A stretch of 64,000 nucleotides of DNA, taken from positions 133,300,001 to 133,364,000 of the forward strand of contig OZ024741.1 in NCBI GenBank assembly GCA_964016885.1. The letters run 5' to 3'. The position numbers were made by a program, and so were the translations under genes. Shown here one piece after another: positions 57,601 through 64,000 of this stretch (position 1 is its first letter; the number at the start of each line of letters is the position of its first letter). The notes beneath the pieces are model-generated. The model was not told the origin of the DNA. It made no database searches and saw only the letters and a list, made by a program, of their open reading frames with translations. This DNA is from Eledone cirrhosa (taxonomy: Eukaryota).

Positions 57601-57962
57601 TGAGTTTGTTAATCCTGTTTAGAGTCTGGTATAAGAACAGCTTGTTTTCGGTATTGGTACGTCAAAAATAAAAGTGAATTGAGAAATTGATATTAATACT
57701 TAGAAACAAGAAAAATAACATGTCTTGTCTCATCTATTATATTGATTACATATATAAATGTTGAGGCTAAGGTTAAAGTTGAGAAATGTATTTTGTACTT
57801 GGTGGATACAAAACTAAATCAATGTACATATTACTAAAAAAAAAAAAAAGGTTAGTTTCATTAGAACGTAAGCGACGTGTATTACATTCCAATGTTTCCT
57901 TAAACCAAACATAAGACTTGATTACAGTGGCCTATGTCTCTCTTTATAGGAAGATGTATGAT

Positions 57963-58283
57963 ATTCAGTATATATAATTGTTTCTACTTTAGACACAAGG
58001 CCAGCAATTATCCAGTGCATTACTGGTACTTTATTTTATCGACTCCGTAAGGATGAAAGGCAAAGTCAACCTCGGCGGAATTTGAACTCAGATTGTAAAG
58101 AGACGTAACTATGCTGGAAAGCATGGCGTCCGACCCTTTACCGATACTGCCAATCCATCATTCAGTATATATAATTTTCTACTTTAGGCACAAGGCCAGC
58201 AAATACCCAGTACATTACTGGTACTTTATTTTATCGACCCCGTAAGGATGAAAGGCAAAGTTAACCTCGGCGGGATATATAAT
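57963..58283 (-). mobile_element. tandem SINE insertions (second family) with 17-bp TSD attcagtatatataatt
   Basis: TSD at 57963-57979 and 58160-58176; the second, truncated copy ends before atatataat. Confidence 0.85.
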
Positions 58284-59166
58284 GAAAGTCGTTAAGCAGG
58301 AGATATAACAATATCCTTCGTGTTTGAAACACACTAATTTTCATAAAAATTACCGTTTAATAACATTGTCCATGATTATAAGAAGTGGCTTTTGCTCTAC
58401 ATATATTAGGTGTAAGCTATTATAGACGTAGATATATTAGCCAAGTTTGGATACTAACGAAATATTTTTATAGGCATTTTCTGATTATGTAACGTTAATA
58501 TATTATTGTATAAACTATATTCTGCATGTGACAAAGTTGAGCAGATACCATACGTTTCGAATACACTATTTTGTCAATGTAAAAATAATAAAGTTCAGTT
58601 TTACTTCTTATCGCAAGAGACTCAATGTGGTCGCTCATTCTGATCAGCCAAAAATCCCGTAAAACACACCCTGCGTTCTTGAGGTGCACACCTTTCTTTG
58701 GAAGGATAAGAAGGTCCTAGTTCAAATGTTTTTGATTGTAGGTTTTTTTTCAATCGGGCTGACTCAAAACATCTAACAACGATACTGCTAATTCAGAGAA
58801 TCATTAAAGTTCACTAGCAGAAAATCACCCTTCGGGTGGTTTTCTGCTAGTATGTGTAGTGTGTATATTGATATACGCAAGTATATATACATGTAGATAT
58901 GATACATCAAGTAAAATCGTGATTGACAATATACGCAGAAATTGAACGAAGACTGTGTTACTCTCTTATGTAATCAGTAACGTAATACATTAAAAAAAGA
59001 CATTATATATAAACTGCATTAGGAGAAAATTAATGTTTATTTAAGCGATCGCCACCGGAAGTGTTGACATTTGAAAATTTTAAGGAAGTGAATCTTTAAA
59101 TAAATAATAAAATATATTTAATGAACAGCCACGGAATTTAGAAGATAAATTATGTAATATTCATTC

Positions 59167-59291
59167 ATTATTTATTCAAAGTAACTTTGCCTTTCATCCT
59201 TACGAGGTCGATAAAAAGTAAAGTACCAGTAATGCACTGCGTAATTGCTGGCCTTGTGCCAAAAGTAGAAACAATTATTTATTCAAAGTAA
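59167..59291 (+). mobile_element. 5'-truncated SINE (second family) with 18-bp TSD attatttattcaaagtaa
   Basis: Perfect direct repeats at 59167-59184 and 59274-59291. Confidence 0.88.
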
Positions 59292-59535
59292 TCCAACTTA
59301 TTTTACTAATGGGATAAAAAATTATAAACCGTACGCAGTCCCGTGCTTCTCCCTTTATTATAGTTTAGATTCTTTATCCTCCAGATCAGCACTGATCAAT
59401 CAGTCGTATGATCAAATGTATTCAGATTTATTAACATTTATTTTTATTTTTGTAGTCTGTCAACTGTTATTCCTTAAATAGTATTTAGTGAAGTATGTTT
59501 TATTTGCTTGATTTTCATTTATTTCCTTTTTCTAG

Positions 59536-59781
<246 letters not shown>

Positions 59782-59803
59782 TGATTTATTTTGGAAATTC
59801 TAG

Positions 59804-60991
<1,188 letters not shown>

Positions 60992-61014
60992 ATGTCTTGA
61001 ACATGTGTGCAAGA

Positions 61015-61037
61015 AATAAAGTAGCTGAAAAAATAAA
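61015..61037 (+). terminator. candidate polyadenylation signals (AATAAA at 61015 and 61032)
   Basis: Two AATAAA just after the stop codon, followed by a T/GT-rich tract near 61063-61079. Confidence 0.55.
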
Positions 61038-61663
61038 AGCAGCTTTCACTTTAAAATGAAATCTTGTTTGTTTTTGTTTAATATATATGATAGATTATTC
61101 TTTAATCTTTTACTGATTTTCATTATAAAATGATTGGCATTAGGAAGGGATCCCAAAAATGTAACCGATGCCAAAAAGGGTTAAAAGGACCCTGCAGTCA
61201 CAACATGGTAACGGTGCAGGCTATATAATAAATGTACCCACTACATGGTTCGGTGGTTGGTGATAAGTAGGGCATTCAACTGTAGAAACATGCCAAACAA
61301 TGTTATAGACCCTCCAATTGGTGTCAATAAATGCAGCAAGTACACTCTGTAAAGCAGTTAGTGATAGGAAGGGCATCCAACTATAGAAAACATGTTTCTT
61401 CAGTTGTATGAAAGACATGACAACCTCACTAGTGTTGTTGACAGGACAAAATGTACCTGGTAGACTTCATGGAACGTATGTAACCAAGATGCAGGCTCTT
61501 GACCTATTTGAGAATCAGTAGCTCTGATTAAGTACTGACTTGGTTTTGCGATAACCCATCCAACTTCTGCAAGCAGGGAAAACATTAAATGATGATTATG
61601 GCTCTGCTAGAGTATTGACTTTCAAAGATTTTGGTCAGTTATATTGACTTTGGTACCAGTTTC

Positions 61664-61696
<33 letters not shown>

Positions 61697-63284
61697 CCAA
61701 CCAGCACTATACTGCATTATTTTGAAAACAAAAGTCATTACTCTAATACTCAAAATTTTCAAAATGATCTGTACACAAGAAAAGATACTGTATGTAAACA
61801 TCTGAATGAAACTTGTTTTTAGATATTTTCTGCTCAATCATTACAAGATGTTAAGAATTAAGCTCATTAACTCTTCTATTGCCATATTTCTAATGAATGA
61901 CACTATCAAAAGGGTTAATGATGCAAAATGTATGAAAAAAAGCCAAAACAATTGTGAATTGAATTTGGTTCATAATTAGTTGAATTATGGTATTTGCCCA
62001 ATATTATCATTCATGATTTCGTACAACATAACCTTGAGGCAAAGCCAGTGCTTGGATATTTAGCACTCTAGGCTAGCTCTACAATGTGTGTCTTGCAGAT
62101 AAGGAAAATTTCAACTTACAAGGTAAGCTAGCGAATTTAGTTTTTGACACACCTTGCTGACAACACTAAAAAAATTACTAAGCCTGCATTTTCCACTATG
62201 CACTCCACATTCAGCCACATCAAATCATGTGATGGGCTATAACACCATACAATCCCCTCTACCACCTTTGGATATTTGAAATATGTTGCTACATGGCAAT
62301 AGATCACTGCAGGAATTTATTGTTTGAGTTATACAAAATTTGTCTTAAATTGTGATCCTTTAAAATTCAGTAATTCATCTCTCTGGGGTTAGCACTCTAG
62401 GTAGCTGCTTAGGAGGTGACCAAATTCAGCCAACCTAATGTACTCAGGGGGGGAAAAAGGCAGTTGATTAGCAGAATCATGAGAACCACTTTCACCTGCT
62501 GAGGCCCTAAGCTATATGAAATTTGAGGCTCTTTAAAAAAATGTTAAATAATTATACATGATTATAATTTTTTTTTGTATGTTAAAAAATGAATAATATA
62601 TATATATGGACGAAGTGTCAAATTTTCATTACGTTTATTCAGTTGTGATGCATCTTTCACAATTGATCAGCTCAAGGTTCGATCTGTGTTAATCAGGCCC
62701 CGACTCTGGCATTAAAATGGAGACTACGCATTGAGTGCTCACTTTGGTGAACCTACAGTAACGAGATGTTACAGTCCCTAAACTATATATATATGATGAT
62801 GATTTTAGTGTTAAAGAATAAAAATATATTTTTAAAATGAGGCTCCTGAAAGCTTATCAGTCCAGCACTGATAACTTTTTTTTTTTTTTTTTTTTTTTCT
62901 ATTATTATATAACTTATAACTTAACTTTTTCATCCTTCCTGCTGATTTGCAGCTAAACGACATCAAAACACTGATGCTAAAGTTATTGCTTTATAATGCT
63001 AGAAATAGTAGCCAAATACCAACAACAAAACACTGAAGCTAAAGTTGCTGCTTTACATGCTAACAATAGCAACCAAATACCTCTCAAATCATAACCCCCT
63101 CTTCCCTCCAAAAAAAACATACCTTGGATAACAGTCCTAACTACACAATCAATTTCTATGGCTGTAATGGTTTTGATCATAGATGTTGCATGTCCAGAGA
63201 TGAACTGGGGCGAAGCAACCACAAAACACTATTAAGAGCCTTTGGGAGTTAAAAAGATACTATTCTGAACATCAGCATGTAGTT

Positions 63285-63880
63285 GTGGAAGCATGTGGCC
63301 TTGTGGTAAGGGTGTTACTTACCATCATAATGTGGGTTTGATTCCTCTACTGCAGTGGCTCTCAAAGTGAGTTCTGCAAAGGAGTGTCTGGGGTTCCATG
63401 AAAAATGATAATGGAATATATTTATATTACAACCATATAATAATTGTTTCTACTTTTGGCACAAGGCCAGCAATTATCCCAGTGCACTACTGGTGCTTTA
63501 TTTTATCGCCCCCCCCCCCCCCCCCCCTTAAGGATGAAATGCAATGCAAAGTTAAGCTCAGTGGGATTTGAACTCCGACCATATAATAATATTAGACTTT
63601 GGGGTTCCCCCAAAAGTTTCTGAACCAAAAAAGGTTCCCTGTTTGTAAGAGTTTGGATAACCCTGTTCCACTGGTTTGTGTGTTGTGCTCTTCAGCAAAA
63701 CTTATTGCTCCAGTATACTCAGCTGAAAATTAGTACCAGCAATAGCTGGGGATTTAACCCTGCGATGGATTGGTGTCATCTAGGGAGAGGGGGGGCTCAT
63801 GTACTCTCAGTTGCTTCAAGTCACAGAAACTGAGATAAGCACTGGCTTGATGAGCCTCCAGGCTCGAAATATACTTGATT
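63285..63880 (+). mobile_element. nested stack: old CORE-type SINE > hAT-like MITE (63353-63665) > SINE (63445-63577, -)
   Basis: MITE ends cagtggctctcaaa / tttggataaccctg with imperfect 8-bp TSD ctctactg/ttccactg; inner SINE has 13-bp TSD accatataataat. Confidence 0.7.
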
Positions 63881-64000
63881 TTCAGTTGTGATCATGTGTT
63901 CTCAGAAAATGCAGGCAGATGAGGTGTGTACTATCATATATAAGTAGTTTTAGAAGTAGAAACTAACCCTCATTGTTTTTCACTGAATTTGTCACTGGCA

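Noticed and set aside
61864-61918. ttaactctt...aagggttaa possible piggyBac-like mini element
   Set aside because: Too short and degenerate to support.

Overview
AT-rich eukaryotic DNA, most likely an octopus or other coleoid cephalopod (inferred from the SINE/RTE repeat content, not verified). It has two zones. (1) ~1-48,080 has no host gene. It is a mosaic of long (TA)n arrays containing RTE LINEs (two families with a PHD-type Cys4-His-Cys3 finger inside the RT), Penelope-like element (PLE) remnants, CRE- and CR1-like LINE fragments, a decayed IR/DR Tc1 transposon, a non-autonomous Helitron and tRNA-derived SINEs. (2) ~48,100-64,000 holds one intact three-exon alpha-tubulin gene (+ strand; ATG-only coding exon at 50484, 9-kb intron 1, 450 aa, K40 and C-terminal Tyr present). 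The most striking hidden structure is about 25 type-I hammerhead ribozyme (HHR) motifs from about 14 sequence families, lying in short non-coding islands between the TA arrays. They include a family fixed for a non-canonical CAGAAGA core, a CCGATGA variant and several with 50-115-nt stem II inserts. Many islands share an 'inverted arm + sense arm + unique 3' tail' layout with a family-specific breakpoint, which suggests a (TA)n-targeted double-priming retrotransposition mechanism. All YIYI-type ORFs are microsatellite artefacts. Structures were paired by eye, and no folding or database search was run.
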